From assembly GCA_029565685.1 (NCBI GenBank), contig JAKQNR010000001.1, forward strand, positions 5,710 through 69,709: a stretch of 64,000 nt of DNA. Direction: 5' to 3'. The stretch's first letter is position 1; the number at the start of each line of letters is the position of its first letter. Both the position numbers and the translations under genes were made by a program. Under the pieces are notes generated by a model that was given only the letters and a program-made list of their open reading frames with translations, made no database searches and was not told the origin of the DNA. Below are positions 38,575 through 49,016 of this stretch, in pieces. This stretch comes from a bacterium. GTDB taxonomy: Bacteria > Zhuqueibacterota > Zhuqueibacteria > Residuimicrobiales > Residuimicrobiaceae.

Positions 38575-39342
38575 TCATTCAACTTTTGACTGCAGCTGTT
38601 CCTGGGTCTTGCCGTAACGGCGCTCCCGTTTTTGAAAATCCTCCACTGCTTCGAGAAACTGATCTTCGTTAAAATCCGGCCACAGCGTGGGGGTGATGTA
38701 CAATTCGGTGTAGGCGATCTGCCAAAGCAGAAAATTGCTCAATCGTTGCTCGCCGCTGGTGCGGATCAGCAGGTCCGGGTCGGTCATCTGGCGCGTTTGC
38801 AGGTGGTCGGCGAACAGCGCTTCGTCGATCTGGCGGGGGGTCAACTCGCCCTTTTTCACTTTGACCGCGATCTTGCGCACAGCCTGAACGATCTCCTGTC
38901 GGCCGCTGTAGCTGAGCGCCAGATTGAGGTTCAGGCCGGTGTTATGGCGCAGCTTGGCGATGGTGGCGCGCACGCCCATGCGCGGCGCAACGGGCAGGGC
39001 GGCCAGATCGCCGATCACGCTCAAACGCACGTTTTTCTTCATCAGCTCCGCGGTCTCGTTGGTGATGGTGCGAAGCAGCAACGACATAAGATCCGTGATT
39101 TCGCTTTGCGGACGTTTCCAGTTCTCGGTGGAAAACGTGTACAGCGTCAGGGTCTGGACGCCCAGGGCGCCGGCCGCCTCCACCACCGCGCGAACCGCCT
39201 CCACGCCCTGTTTATGGCCCTCGATGCGCGGCAGGCCATGGCGTGCAGCCCAGCGGCCGTTGCCGTCCATAATCACCGCGACATGGCGGGGAAGGTTGCC
39301 GGCTTTTTTGATTTTTTCAATACGAAGAAGATCCATCGTCAA
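38575..39342 (-). CDS. uppS: Undecaprenyl-diphosphate synthase (isoprenyl transferase)
   Basis: 255 aa with HVAVIMDGNGRWA and a later ...RTSGEQRLSNFLLWQ motif. Confidence 0.95.
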   Translation of the reverse strand: MTMDLLRIEKIKKAGNLPRHVAVIMDGNGRWAARHGLPRIEGHKQGVEAVRAVVEAAGALGVQTLTLYTFSTENWKRPQSEITDLMSLLLRTITNETAELMKKNVRLSVIGDLAALPVAPRMGVRATIAKLRHNTGLNLNLALSYSGRQEIVQAVRKIAVKVKKGELTPRQIDEALFADHLQTRQMTDPDLLIRTSGEQRLSNFLLWQIAYTELYITPTLWPDFNEDQFLEAVEDFQKRERRYGKTQEQLQSKVE

Positions 39343-39500
39343 TTTCTTATGGGTTCCATTTCCTCTGCAATCCGCTCACAGGTTATCGTCCCGACCATGG
39401 CAGCCGGTCAGTCCGGTCACAGCCCTCCGGCCTGATACAAAAGAGGCTGTGACCGGCCCTGCAAAAGGGCCGACGCACAGCCTATAGCATTCAACCGCAA

Positions 39501-40688
39501 TTATTGTTTGCGCAGGGATTCGGCTTTATCGAAACACTCTTTTCCCTTTGCCGCATCGCCGATGTTGATGTAAGCGACGCCCAGGTTATACCAAACGGTG
39601 CTGTTGTCCGCCTTGATGCTCAGCGCCTTCTCCAGATAGGGGATGGAGTCTTTGTAAAAACCCTTGAGCTTGGCCATCTCTTCATCGCTGACCGTTTGTT
39701 TGTTCTTTTCTTTTTCGATCAAAGCCTTGCGCACCTCTTCGGCCATATTCAAAAACGAGTTGCCGACATTGACGTTGGCGTCGTAATCTTCAGGATTTTG
39801 TGCGATCACTTTCTTGAACAGCTCCACTGCGTCGTCATATTCGCCAGAGTTGAAATACAGGCGGGCCATATTGAAAATCAGGTCTGCGTCGTTGGGATTT
39901 TTCGCCAGAGCCAGCTTGTACTCTTCCAGCGCTTTTTCGCGTTCGCCGTTCATATCATAGGCCAGGGCGAGATTGACCACGGCATCGGTCTGATCCGGGG
40001 CCAGCTCCAGCGCTTTTTTGGACATCTCGATGGCGGCGGCGTAGTCTTTCATCTGCATGCAAAGACGCGCCGCTTCCGTCATCGCCGTAATGTTTTTCGG
40101 ATCCACATCCAGCAGCTTCATGTAACTTTCTTTGGCGCCCTGAAGATTGTCCGAACGCATATAGGTGACCGCCAGATTGCGATAGGCGTCGACCCGCTTC
40201 GGATCAATGACGGTGCAGGTGATGAACTGCTCGGCGGCGCCCTGTAGATCGGGCTCTTTGCCGTCCTTGGTGTTGATCTTGGCGACGCCGTTGTTAAAGC
40301 AGGTCACCCAGTATTTGTCGCGTTCATTTTTGATCTGGGTCTCAAAGGTCGGCGCAATAGCGAGGGATTTGTCGAAATTGCTGCTCAGTGCCTCCCAATT
40401 GGATTTCTGGCCGTAGGCAGAACCCAGGAGATAGTACGCTTCCGCGTCCTTGGGGTAGTTTTTTACAGCCTGCTCCAACTGTTCTATCATTTTATCCCAG
40501 TTTCCCTGCTGCTGATAAACTTTGGCCGAGGTAACCTCTTTGGTCTGACAGCCCATAAAAAGCGTCACTGCCAGGAGCAGCGCACAGGCAGTGGAAATCA
40601 GGCGATGAGTGTTCATAGTAAGACTCCTAGGAATAATGGGTTTGTGATTAATGACTGAAAATATACTTGATTTGCGCTTACCAATCAA
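39501..40688 (-). CDS. Tetratricopeptide-repeat lipoprotein
   Basis: 395 aa with a signal peptide, a Cys lipobox-like N-terminus and multiple TPR units (AEAYYLLGSAY, ...). Confidence 0.7.
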   Translation of the reverse strand: MIGKRKSSIFSVINHKPIIPRSLTMNTHRLISTACALLLAVTLFMGCQTKEVTSAKVYQQQGNWDKMIEQLEQAVKNYPKDAEAYYLLGSAYGQKSNWEALSSNFDKSLAIAPTFETQIKNERDKYWVTCFNNGVAKINTKDGKEPDLQGAAEQFITCTVIDPKRVDAYRNLAVTYMRSDNLQGAKESYMKLLDVDPKNITAMTEAARLCMQMKDYAAAIEMSKKALELAPDQTDAVVNLALAYDMNGEREKALEEYKLALAKNPNDADLIFNMARLYFNSGEYDDAVELFKKVIAQNPEDYDANVNVGNSFLNMAEEVRKALIEKEKNKQTVSDEEMAKLKGFYKDSIPYLEKALSIKADNSTVWYNLGVAYINIGDAAKGKECFDKAESLRKQ

Positions 40689-40697
40689 GAATTTATT

Positions 40698-41753
40698 TTA
40701 TGATTTCATCATCTGCGCCAGAGTGCCGGCAAAAGGCGGCCGGACTACCCCGCGGTCGGTGATAAGGAGATCGATCAGGTTGTTGGGCGTCACGTCAAAG
40801 GCCGGATTCCACACCGGAATGTCCTCCGGCGCAATGAGGCGTCCCTGCATTCGGCGCACCTCATCTGCATCCCGTTCTTCGATGGGAATGAGCTGACCGC
40901 TGTTCAACTCCATGTCGATGGTGGTCCAGGGTGCGGCGACGTAAAAGGGGATGTTATGATGTTTAGCCAGAACCGCCAGGCCGTAGGTGCCTATTTTATT
41001 GGCCGTATCGCCGTTGGCCGCGATGCGGTCAGCGCCGACGAGGACCAGCTGCACCATGCCCCGCCGCATCAGCGCCGCCGCCATGTTGTCGCATATCAGG
41101 GTGGCCGGGATGTTCTCCTCCTGCAGTTCAAAGGTAGTCAGCCGGCTTCCCTGAAGCAGAGGCCGGGTTTCATCGATAAACACATGGATTCGTTTGCCCT
41201 GGGCCACAGCGCTGCGAATGACGCCCAGCGCAGTGCCATGACCAGCCGTGGCCAGGGCGCCGGCGTTGCAGTGGGTCAAAATGTTGCACCGGTCCGGCAG
41301 CAGCGCGGCGCCGAACTTGCCGATGGCCTGACACCGCTGCAGATCGTCCTGCAAAAGCCACTGGGCCGTGCGCAGCAGCTCCTGGCGGATCTCGTGCAAC
41401 GGCCGGTTCAAATTTTTCGCCAGCGTTTCGCGCATGCGTTCCACCGCCCAAAAGAGATTTTTCGCTGTGGGACGTGCGGCTTTAATCTCGGTGATGGCCT
41501 TGTTCGCTTTTTCGATAAAGCCGGCCCGATCGGAATCCGATTCGTGCCAGACCGACAACACAACGGCAAAGGCGGCGGCCGCCCCGATGGCCGGCGCTCC
41601 GCGCACAGCCAGAGATTTAATCGCTTGAATGACGCCAAGGTAATCCGAGATCTCCAGCATTACCAGCTCGTGCGGCAATAGAGTTTGATCCAGGATGCGT
41701 ACCTTGCCGTCGTGCCAGGCAATGGTGGGAAGATCTTGCATGTGAAACCTCAC
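40698..41753 (-). CDS. mtnA: S-methyl-5-thioribose-1-phosphate isomerase (eIF-2B alpha/beta/delta-like)
   Basis: 351 aa with WHDGKVRILDQTLLPHE...AIKSLAVRGAPAIGAAAAF. Confidence 0.85.
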   Translation of the reverse strand: MRFHMQDLPTIAWHDGKVRILDQTLLPHELVMLEISDYLGVIQAIKSLAVRGAPAIGAAAAFAVVLSVWHESDSDRAGFIEKANKAITEIKAARPTAKNLFWAVERMRETLAKNLNRPLHEIRQELLRTAQWLLQDDLQRCQAIGKFGAALLPDRCNILTHCNAGALATAGHGTALGVIRSAVAQGKRIHVFIDETRPLLQGSRLTTFELQEENIPATLICDNMAAALMRRGMVQLVLVGADRIAANGDTANKIGTYGLAVLAKHHNIPFYVAAPWTTIDMELNSGQLIPIEERDADEVRRMQGRLIAPEDIPVWNPAFDVTPNNLIDLLITDRGVVRPPFAGTLAQMMKS

Positions 41754-43087
41754 TGATTAGAATCAAACGATGACGGCCTGCCTTGCGGAGCAGGACCGGG
41801 CAAAAACGTCTGAATGCGGCGGGCGATGCGCTCCGACGCGCCCAGGTTCTCGTGCACCAGCTGCAGGGCGCGGCTGCCGGCCCGGCGAATGGCCTCGGGT
41901 TCGATCAGCCACCGCTGCAGCACGGCAGCGACCTCTTCACTGGTCTGCACCGATTGTCCGGCTTTGCGTTCCTTCAGTTGAATCGCCTCCAGGGAATTCC
42001 GGTGGCGCGGCCCAAAGAGAACCATGCATCCGTGCGCCGAAGGTTCCAGCACGCTGTGTACTCCTGGACCGAAACTGCCGCCGACATACACCAGCTCCGC
42101 AAACGCATACAGATTGGCCAGAATCCCCATGCGATCGACCACAAGCACCTGCATGTCGTCGGGACGATCCGCGAACCGACTCAACAGAGAATAGGAGAAC
42201 CGTCGGCCCTGCAACGCGGCCTGCAAATCCTGCAGATGTTCCGGGCTCAGTTCATGCGGCACCAAAATCGCCTTATAATCCGCATGGGCGGCCAGCAGAT
42301 CGAACAGGGCCGGCAGAACGACTTTTTCATCAGAAGGCCACACGCTGCCGGCGATGAAACAGCGCGAGCGTTGAAACAATCCGCTCTCGGTCAGAACCGC
42401 GATTTTCTCCGGCTCCTGAGTGCGGTTGTACACCTGGTCATAGCGCGTGTCGCCGGTGACATGCATGCGAGCAGGATCCGGATAGAACGGCCGGAAAGAT
42501 TCAGCGTTGCCCGCGGAGATGGCATGAATCTCATTGAAGGTTTTCAACACATCCCGTACCGCCCAGGCGACCGGACGCAGCCGGCGCACGCGCCGCTCGC
42601 TCAGGCTGGCGTCCATCAGAAGCGCGGGAATTCTCTTGCGGCGCAAACGCCATAGATAGTTCGGCCAGAGATCGTGGCGGATGACGACAAAGACGTCCGG
42701 GTGCACCAGCTGCAAAAACCGACGCGAGCGGCAGTAGGAATCAAACGGCAGATAGAAGATCAGATCGGCCGAAGGAAAATGATGCGCCTGCTCATAGCCG
42801 GAAGGGGAGAAAAACGTCAGCAGAATCCGGCAATCCGGAAGGTTCTGCTTCAGCGCTCGAAGAACCGGCTTGGCCTGCTCAAACTCGCCCATGGACGCGA
42901 CATGAAACCATATTCGGGGGGCGTCAGCAGGCCAATCGCTCACACCCTGACGGATCCCGGACAGACCGCGGCGACGGCCTCGCAATCCTTTGGCGATTTT
43001 GGGCTTGAACAATGCAGCGATGTGCGCGCCGGCGAACAGCACCGGAACAACGATTAAATTGTAGAAAAAGAAAAGAAAAAAATGCAT
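41750..43087 (-). CDS. waaA: 3-deoxy-D-manno-octulosonic acid (Kdo) transferase
   Basis: 445 aa with a TM N-terminus followed by WFHVASMGEFEQAKPVLRALK...LLTFFSPSGYE, characteristic of KdtA/WaaA. Confidence 0.9.
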   Translation of the reverse strand: MHFFLFFFYNLIVVPVLFAGAHIAALFKPKIAKGLRGRRRGLSGIRQGVSDWPADAPRIWFHVASMGEFEQAKPVLRALKQNLPDCRILLTFFSPSGYEQAHHFPSADLIFYLPFDSYCRSRRFLQLVHPDVFVVIRHDLWPNYLWRLRRKRIPALLMDASLSERRVRRLRPVAWAVRDVLKTFNEIHAISAGNAESFRPFYPDPARMHVTGDTRYDQVYNRTQEPEKIAVLTESGLFQRSRCFIAGSVWPSDEKVVLPALFDLLAAHADYKAILVPHELSPEHLQDLQAALQGRRFSYSLLSRFADRPDDMQVLVVDRMGILANLYAFAELVYVGGSFGPGVHSVLEPSAHGCMVLFGPRHRNSLEAIQLKERKAGQSVQTSEEVAAVLQRWLIEPEAIRRAGSRALQLVHENLGASERIARRIQTFLPGPAPQGRPSSFDSNQ

Positions 43088-43140
43088 GGGTTGTCGATTT
43101 AAAAAGGGGGAACGGCTTCCATTCCCCCTTGACAGATCGG

Positions 43141-43680
43141 TTACTGTTGATTGCGGATTCGCTTATAGGACTTGAGATTGGGATAATCTTTCCCGATGAC
43201 AAAGGTGACGTCCGCTTCCACGCCCTGCTGTTCGATGTGATACAACTGGTCCTTGGAGACGCCGAGCACCGAGGTCATCTTTTCCACTTTGTTGCGGTCT
43301 GCCTTGTCGTGATCGATCACCACCGAGCGTTCATAGCTAAAGTCATCGGCGTTCTCGACCTGAACGATGCGATAATGCTCTTTGCGGAGGATTTCCGCAA
43401 ACGTATTGCCCACCCCTTTGACGCCGCAGCCGTTTTGAATCCGCACGCTCAATGCATCAGGCGCCACCTCGTTGCGGGTGAGGGGCGTGCCTGCCGAAAA
43501 TAGATGATTGTGCAAAAACGAGTATAGGATCACCACATTGACCACTATCAGAAACCAGACAAAAATCAATTTGCCTTTTTTCTGCCAGTTGGTCGTCCCT
43601 TTGGCAGGGCTCTTGCGTGCAGAGCCGGTGGACCGATTCGAGTAGAGATTTCGTCGGTACGTTGATGTCCGCTTGTTCAC
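43141..43680 (-). CDS. LytR_C (LytR cell-envelope-related C-terminal) domain membrane protein
   Basis: 179 aa with a basic N-terminus, one TM helix and VRIQNGCGVKGVGNTFAEILRKEHYRIV typical of the LytR_C domain. Confidence 0.65.
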   Translation of the reverse strand: MNKRTSTYRRNLYSNRSTGSARKSPAKGTTNWQKKGKLIFVWFLIVVNVVILYSFLHNHLFSAGTPLTRNEVAPDALSVRIQNGCGVKGVGNTFAEILRKEHYRIVQVENADDFSYERSVVIDHDKADRNKVEKMTSVLGVSKDQLYHIEQQGVEADVTFVIGKDYPNLKSYKRIRNQQ

Positions 43681-43757
43681 ACCAGTCTTCCTTCCATTTA
43701 AACGCCACCCATATCACTCAGGCAAAAAAGGACGGCGGGATCAGGGTGCCGCCCTTC

Positions 43758-44237
43758 TCACCAGCGCTCCCACAGGCCTTCGCCGTACCGGTAGGGCACA
43801 GCGTACGGCGCCTGTTGAAAATTAAACTGCAAAAGCATGTTAGGTTTGGGTTGATAGGTCAGTTGGGCAGCGGACAAAAAGGGGCCGCTGGTCCACATCG
43901 AGCTGTTGCTAAAACGCGATGCAAAGGGCTGATGCGCGATGCCCCATTGCAGCGAAAGCGACAGCGGCAGGGAGAATTGATAGGAGACCGTATTCAGATA
44001 AACGCCCTGCGTCGCCCCTTGTCCGCCCATGCTCAGATAACTCATGCTGTAGGATTGTTGAATGTGCAGTCGGGACGGATCCAGGCCCAGCAGATTGCCG
44101 GCCGCCCGCTCCACCGACGCCGGCGCCTGCAACAACGATCTCAAATTAACCGCTGGTTGCGTTCGATACTGGCTCGCACCGAGAGCCGGCAGCAACAACA
44201 TGATTAAGGAGATAATTCCGGTCAACCTCACTGGCAA
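43758..44237 (-). CDS. Hypothetical secreted / outer-membrane protein
   Basis: 159 aa with a signal peptide. It is beta-rich, Ser/Gln-rich and has an aromatic C-terminus (...GLWERW). Confidence 0.4.
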   Translation of the reverse strand: MPVRLTGIISLIMLLLPALGASQYRTQPAVNLRSLLQAPASVERAAGNLLGLDPSRLHIQQSYSMSYLSMGGQGATQGVYLNTVSYQFSLPLSLSLQWGIAHQPFASRFSNSSMWTSGPFLSAAQLTYQPKPNMLLQFNFQQAPYAVPYRYGEGLWERW

Positions 44238-44399
44238 ACCTCCTCGATCGAATGAATCTGTGCAAACATTTTCTTTAAATTTAATGAAAATATCCTTAAA
44301 ATCAATATGAAATTTATGAATAATTGATTTAATTTACAAAAGTTTTTTCGCCGGAACGCATCCGGCGCCTTATCTGCACGCAACAAGGGAGAGAACGCC

Positions 44400-45884
44400 A
44401 TGGCCGAACTCATTGCAGCCATCGATCAGGGGACCACGAGTACGCGCTGCATCCTTTTCAATCACCAAGGGCGCGTGGTGGCGGTGGAACAAAAGGAGCA
44501 CCGCCAGATCTTTCCCCAACCCGGCTGGGTCGAACATGACGCGCTGGAAATTTTAGCAGCCGCTCGAGAGGTGATGCGCGGGGCGCTGCGCAAGGCCGCA
44601 GTCGACCGCCGGCAGTTGGCGGCCATCGCAGTGACCAATCAGCGCGAGACCACCGTGGTGTGGGACAAAGCCAGCGGACGTCCGGTGTGCAACGCCATCG
44701 TCTGGCAGGACACGCGCACTGCGGCGATGTGCAGCCGCCTGGGGGAAACAGAGGGTCCGGATCGCTGGCGGGCAAAAACCGGATTGCCCCTGGCCACCTA
44801 TTTTTCCGGTCCGAAAATAAAATGGATTCTGGAAAATATTCCAGGTTGCAGAGCCGCGGCGCAACAGGGCCGCCTGCTCTTCGGCACCATAGACTCTTGG
44901 CTGATTTGGCATCTGACCAACGGCGTTCATGTGACCGATGTGACCAACGCATCGCGCACCCTGCTGATGAATCTGGAAACTTTGGATTGGGATGAAGAGA
45001 TCCTGCAAACGCTGGCTATTCCGCGCTCCATGTTGCCGCGAATTATGGCCTCCAGCATGATCTACGCAGAGGCGGCCGGCGAGTGGGCCGGCATTCCCAT
45101 CGCCGGCGATCTGGGCGACCAACAAGCCGCTCTGTTCGGACAGACCTGCTTTAACACCGGCGAAGCCAAAAACACCTATGGCACCGGTTGTTTCATGCTG
45201 CTGAACACCGGCAGCAAGCCGGTGCCCTCCCAACATGGTTTATTGACCACCGTGGGCTATCAAATCAACGGGCAACCGGCTGTCTATTGCCTGGAAGGCT
45301 CTATCGCCATCGCCGGTGCGCTGGTCCAGTGGCTGCGCGACAACCTGGGACTGTTCAGCCGTTCGGCCGACATCGAAGCGCTGGCGCGAACGGTGGAGGA
45401 CAGCGGCGGTATGTACCTGGTGCCGGCGTTTTCAGGGCTGTACGCCCCGCATTGGCGAAGCGACGCCCGCGGGGTCATGGTGGGGCTCACTCGTTACATT
45501 CACAAAGGTCATCTGTGCCGGGCCGCCCTGGAGGCGACCGCTTATCAGACCCGTGAGGTGCTAGAGGCGATGAATAAGGATTCAGGCGTGGCGCTGAAGG
45601 AGCTGCGGGTGGACGGCGGCATGGTTTTAAACGATCTACTGATGCAGTTTCAAGCGGACATCATCGGCGTGCCGGTGGTTCGGCCCACGATCACGGAGAC
45701 CACTGCACTGGGCACCGCTTACGCCGCCGGACTGGCGACCGGTTTCTGGCACGAGCTGGACGACCTGCGTCTTTACTGGGGCAGGGAACGCGAATGGCTG
45801 CCGCGCCTCGAGGCCGCTATCCGGGAGGAAAAATACCGGGGATGGCAGAAAGCGGTGACCCGCAGCCTGGGCTGGGTGGAATGA
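44400..45884 (+). CDS. glpK: Glycerol kinase
   Basis: 494 aa with N-terminal [15 protein letters not shown] and FGGY-kinase motifs throughout. Confidence 0.95.
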   Translation: MAELIAAIDQGTTSTRCILFNHQGRVVAVEQKEHRQIFPQPGWVEHDALEILAAAREVMRGALRKAAVDRRQLAAIAVTNQRETTVVWDKASGRPVCNAIVWQDTRTAAMCSRLGETEGPDRWRAKTGLPLATYFSGPKIKWILENIPGCRAAAQQGRLLFGTIDSWLIWHLTNGVHVTDVTNASRTLLMNLETLDWDEEILQTLAIPRSMLPRIMASSMIYAEAAGEWAGIPIAGDLGDQQAALFGQTCFNTGEAKNTYGTGCFMLLNTGSKPVPSQHGLLTTVGYQINGQPAVYCLEGSIAIAGALVQWLRDNLGLFSRSADIEALARTVEDSGGMYLVPAFSGLYAPHWRSDARGVMVGLTRYIHKGHLCRAALEATAYQTREVLEAMNKDSGVALKELRVDGGMVLNDLLMQFQADIIGVPVVRPTITETTALGTAYAAGLATGFWHELDDLRLYWGREREWLPRLEAAIREEKYRGWQKAVTRSLGWVE

Positions 45885-45908
45885 GACGAAAAGATTCGCC
45901 GGTCCTCT

Positions 45909-45936
45909 ACCGGCCGGGGCTGAAAGCTCCGGCCGG
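45909..45936. terminator. GC-rich hairpin between the convergent glpK and lemA genes (candidate bidirectional terminator)
   Basis: accggccgggg-ctgaaag-ctccggccgg. There is no strong U-tract on either side. Confidence 0.35.
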
Positions 45937-46007
45937 AAAGAGCAGCCTCATCAGAACGGCCACGCCCGCCTGCCCGGCTGACGGCGCGTACCTCCGCTGC
46001 ACCGGTG

Positions 46008-46622
46008 TTACTTGCGAACGCCGAAATCCACTTTGGGCGCTTGTTGCGCTTCGGTAGGCGCTTCAAAATAGGGACGCTGATTAAAGCCAAAGATGCCGGC
46101 GATCAGCACTGTGGGAAAAGAGCGCAGCGTGCCATTGTATTTGCGCGTGGCGTCGTTGAACCGTTTGCGCTCCACAGCGATGCGGTTCTCGGTGCCCGCC
46201 AGCTCATCCTGCAGCTTGAGAAAATTTTCATTCGCTTTCAAATTGGGATACTGCTCCACCACCACCATCAGGCGGGACAGCGCGGACGAGAGGCCGTTTT
46301 GCGCCTCCATCATCTTCTGCATCTGCGCCGGGGTCATATCATTCGCATTCACCTGAGTCTTGGTGGCGTTGGCGCGGGCGTTGATCACCGCTTCCAGGGT
46401 TTCGCGTTCGTGGGCGGCATATCCCTTCACCGTTTCCACCAGATTGGGGATGAGGTCCATTCTACGCTGCAATACGTTTTGCACCTGGCTCCAGCTGTTT
46501 TTAACGTCCTCATCCAAGACCACCATGCTGTTGTAGGTATTCTTCAGAAGAAAAAACGCCATCAAGGCGACGACCGCGAGAACGATCAACAGACCACAGC
46601 CGATTTTTGCTCCTTTGCCCAT
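46008..46622 (-). CDS. lemA: LemA-family membrane protein
   Basis: 204 aa with an N-terminal TM helix followed by DEDVKNSWSQVQNVLQRRMDLIPNLVETVKGYAAHERETLEAV, the LemA signature. Confidence 0.85.
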   Translation of the reverse strand: MGKGAKIGCGLLIVLAVVALMAFFLLKNTYNSMVVLDEDVKNSWSQVQNVLQRRMDLIPNLVETVKGYAAHERETLEAVINARANATKTQVNANDMTPAQMQKMMEAQNGLSSALSRLMVVVEQYPNLKANENFLKLQDELAGTENRIAVERKRFNDATRKYNGTLRSFPTVLIAGIFGFNQRPYFEAPTEAQQAPKVDFGVRK

Positions 46623-46633
46623 TCTTTTCTCCT

Positions 46634-47362
46634 TTATTTGGTTTGATCGATAGCGAAGGCCAATTTGCGGATTTCGGCGATATACTTTTCCATCAAGGCG
46701 ATCCCTTCTTTTTCCTCGAGTTTGCCTCTGGAACAGCCGACCTGCAGCACGCGCTCCAACACCGTATGATCGAGGGAGTAGGTCTCAGCAGCGGCCTTGA
46801 ACACAGCCTCCGGTTGATCCGCGACCTGCAGTCCTTTGAACGTCAGCAATCCGCTGAACACGTGAGTAAAAGCCGGAATAGTCGCCTGGATCAATTTGCG
46901 GATTTTTTTTACATCCCCCTGAGTGGCTAGAAATTCTGCGCGCAGGTGCACGAGTTTGCCTTTGATCTGATTCTCGCACTGCAGACGGAGCAGCTCCATG
47001 GAAATCTGCAGGGGCTTGAGCACATCCTTGCCGTAGATCAATTTGTGCGAATGGATGAGATTGAAGAACTCGAGCGGAAAGCTGTCCAACGAAGAAAGCA
47101 GATACTCTTCAGACATGATCATGGGGACCGCCACCGCCCGTTTTTGCCATTTTTTCACCAAAGGCAGAATCCGTCCGATCGACTCGAGGGCCGCCGGCTT
47201 GACGATAAGAAGAAAATTGATCTCCGACTCCTTGGGCTTCCATATGCCGGTGGTCGCGCGGCCGAACAACACCACTGAGATCAAAGCTTCATCGAGTACG
47301 TTTCGGTAATCTGCGACGAACTCATCAAATATTTCATCCGGTGAAGAGGGATAACGAGACAT
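46634..47362 (-). CDS. Hypothetical protein, possibly with a degenerate nucleotidyltransferase fold, lying within the LemA/TPM operon
   Basis: 242 aa. LFGRATTG...ESEINFLLIV weakly resembles the hG[GS]/DxD minimal NTase motif. Confidence 0.35.
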   Translation of the reverse strand: MSRYPSSPDEIFDEFVADYRNVLDEALISVVLFGRATTGIWKPKESEINFLLIVKPAALESIGRILPLVKKWQKRAVAVPMIMSEEYLLSSLDSFPLEFFNLIHSHKLIYGKDVLKPLQISMELLRLQCENQIKGKLVHLRAEFLATQGDVKKIRKLIQATIPAFTHVFSGLLTFKGLQVADQPEAVFKAAAETYSLDHTVLERVLQVGCSRGKLEEKEGIALMEKYIAEIRKLAFAIDQTK

Positions 47363-47437
47363 AACTTCAAGCTCCTGGTTTATGGCACCCTAGGGAAACA
47401 AGAACCACCAGGCAGGTGCAAGCCGACGCTGCCCGGG

Positions 47438-48214
47438 TCAATAACCTCCCCCGGCGCCGCCGCCGCCTGAGGCGCCGCCGCCGAAACCACCGAAACCGCC
47501 GCCACCGAAACCGCCGCCGCCAAAGCCGCCGCCCCAGCCGCCGCCGCCCCAGCCGCTCCAATGATCATCCCTGCGGCGCCGGCTTGTGTGCGAGCCGGCG
47601 TTGCTCAACACCAGCCAGGGCAACAGCCCGCCGCGACTGGACAGAATCATCAGAATGATAAAAAGCACCACCAGCAACGTGCACAGCGGTGAAGCCTCGC
47701 CTTCGCGCTTCATGGGTCGCGGCGCACTGCTGCCGTCGATGGCGACGTTGTACTCCTTGGCGGCCAAACCGGCGATGCTGCGGACGGCTGCCAAAAAACC
47801 CGCACTGTAATCGCCTTGCGCCAGATGCGGGACAAGGTCATGACGGTAGATGTCGCCGGCCACACCATCCGGAATGAATCCCTCTGCCCCGTAGCCGATC
47901 TCCAGCCACAGCTTGCGAATGTCCACCACATTGAAAATGAGAACACCCCGGTCTTCGCCCTTGCGGCCGATGCCCCAGCGCCTGTACAGCTCGTTGGCAT
48001 ACTCCCGGTAATCGGCGTCGCCGATGGTCGGCATCGTACAGACGACGATCGCCAGACCGGTTTTGTTAAACACCTCGATGGCCAACGCCTCGATCTGTGC
48101 AGCGGACTCGGCGCTGATGACGCCGGCAAAATCGTTCACCGCACCCCGTTTTTCCGGATACTCGGCAGACCAGAGAGCGTGCGCCAGCAAACACAATAAA
48201 AAAATTTTTTTCAT
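47438..48214 (-). CDS. TPM-domain (YgcG-like) membrane protein with a Gly-rich tail
   Basis: 258 aa with a signal peptide, a TPM/DUF477 core (GVISAESAAQIEALAIEV...GLAIVV), a TM helix and a C-terminal GGGGWGGGFGGGGFGGGG tail. It shows the typical LemA-TPM pairing. Confidence 0.8.
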   Translation of the reverse strand: MKKIFLLCLLAHALWSAEYPEKRGAVNDFAGVISAESAAQIEALAIEVFNKTGLAIVVCTMPTIGDADYREYANELYRRWGIGRKGEDRGVLIFNVVDIRKLWLEIGYGAEGFIPDGVAGDIYRHDLVPHLAQGDYSAGFLAAVRSIAGLAAKEYNVAIDGSSAPRPMKREGEASPLCTLLVVLFIILMILSSRGGLLPWLVLSNAGSHTSRRRRDDHWSGWGGGGWGGGFGGGGFGGGGFGGFGGGASGGGGAGGGY

Positions 48215-48527
48215 CCCAATTCCATTTCAGCCCCGATTCTGGATCCGCTTGTCGTATTCCATACCTAAGGATGGCCGCAGTACCTTCACAAGCGGACAGC
48301 AGACGCTGCTATCAGACCCTATTTACGAAAAAATATTCAAAAATGATACAAAAAAATGCCCGATCCTCGCACACCACGCAGCCAACGCCGACTACGACCG
48401 AATCGATGCGCGCGGCATGCGCTCCCAGCCCAGGGTCGCAAAAGCCGAAGTAAAGGCGTCGAAGGGCGAAAAAAAATGCTGCAACTGGAACCGTTTAAAA
48501 AATGAATAGATTTCTCAAAAATATCTT

Positions 48528-48556
48528 GACTTTCTACTTTGCACTGTTTATATTAA
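48528..48556 (+). promoter_or_regulatory. Sigma70-like promoter (TTGACT-N17-TATATT)
   Basis: The two hexamers are near-consensus. The following 330 nt have no convincing ORF. Confidence 0.4.
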
Positions 48557-48892
48557 TGAGCGGTGACTTTTATTGCCCTATGTCGTTTTGGGGAATGGTT
48601 TCCTGAAGCCGACGCGCATTCACGAAACATGCAGTAAATGTTCCACCCCCACGCCTAAGCTATGCACCTGTGAGGACAGACGCAGCTCAATCTCAATCGT
48701 TTCAATTTGGTGGTCCGAACGCCTAAGGGTGTTTGGTATGCATTGTTGTATCTATTTATTATTTTTTGTGGGCCAGTGAGCGCAGCCGCTCCGACCAGCT
48801 AAAGCCGCGCTAAAAACGGCCTCTCTACATCTCCCCAAAAGCGGCGAGGGCTAGGTGTGCCTTTTCGCCGGTGGGCGACGTATTTTTTGTTG

Positions 48893-48942
48893 ATAAAAAA
48901 AAACTGCCAGTCGACTCGGCAAAGTCTCTGAACTGGCAGTTT
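48893..48942 (-). terminator. Rho-independent terminator on the minus strand (11-bp stem aaactgccagt/actggcagttt, 20-nt loop, 9-U tract)
   Basis: The stem is a perfect inverted repeat and is followed on the minus strand by TTTTTTTTT. Confidence 0.65.
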
Positions 48943-48982
48943 GGCTAGTCCAGGCTATTCATCAGAATGGCCGTGGCTGCTT
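48893..48982 (-). ncRNA. Candidate small RNA of about 88 nt, bounded by the promoter at 48989-49016 and the terminator above
   Basis: Minus-strand TTGACT (49011-49016), a 16-nt spacer and TATATT (48989-48994) sit about 90 nt upstream of the intrinsic terminator, and there is no ORF. The predicted transcript is AAAGCAGCCACGGCCAUUCUGAUGAAUAGCCUGGACUAGCC...UUUUUUUUU. Confidence 0.3.
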
Positions 48983-48988
48983 TATTAT

Positions 48989-49016
48989 AATATAAAAATA
49001 ATAACGAAAAAGTCAA
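48989..49016 (-). promoter_or_regulatory. Sigma70-like promoter on the minus strand (TTGACT-N16-TATATT)
   Basis: The plus strand reads aatata at 48989-48994 and agtcaa at 49011-49016. Confidence 0.4.

Noticed and set aside
48573-48779. A 68-aa Cys-rich ORF downstream of the plus-strand promoter
   Set aside because: It has no ribosome-binding site, atypical composition and no recognisable fold. It is kept only as a caveat for the sRNA/leader interpretation
48560-48940. tmRNA, RNase P RNA or SRP RNA in the large noncoding gap
   Set aside because: The conserved signatures were not found. These are GGAAAGUCCGG for RNase P, the tRNA-like GGUUCGAUUCC 3' end for tmRNA and the SRP domain IV motif
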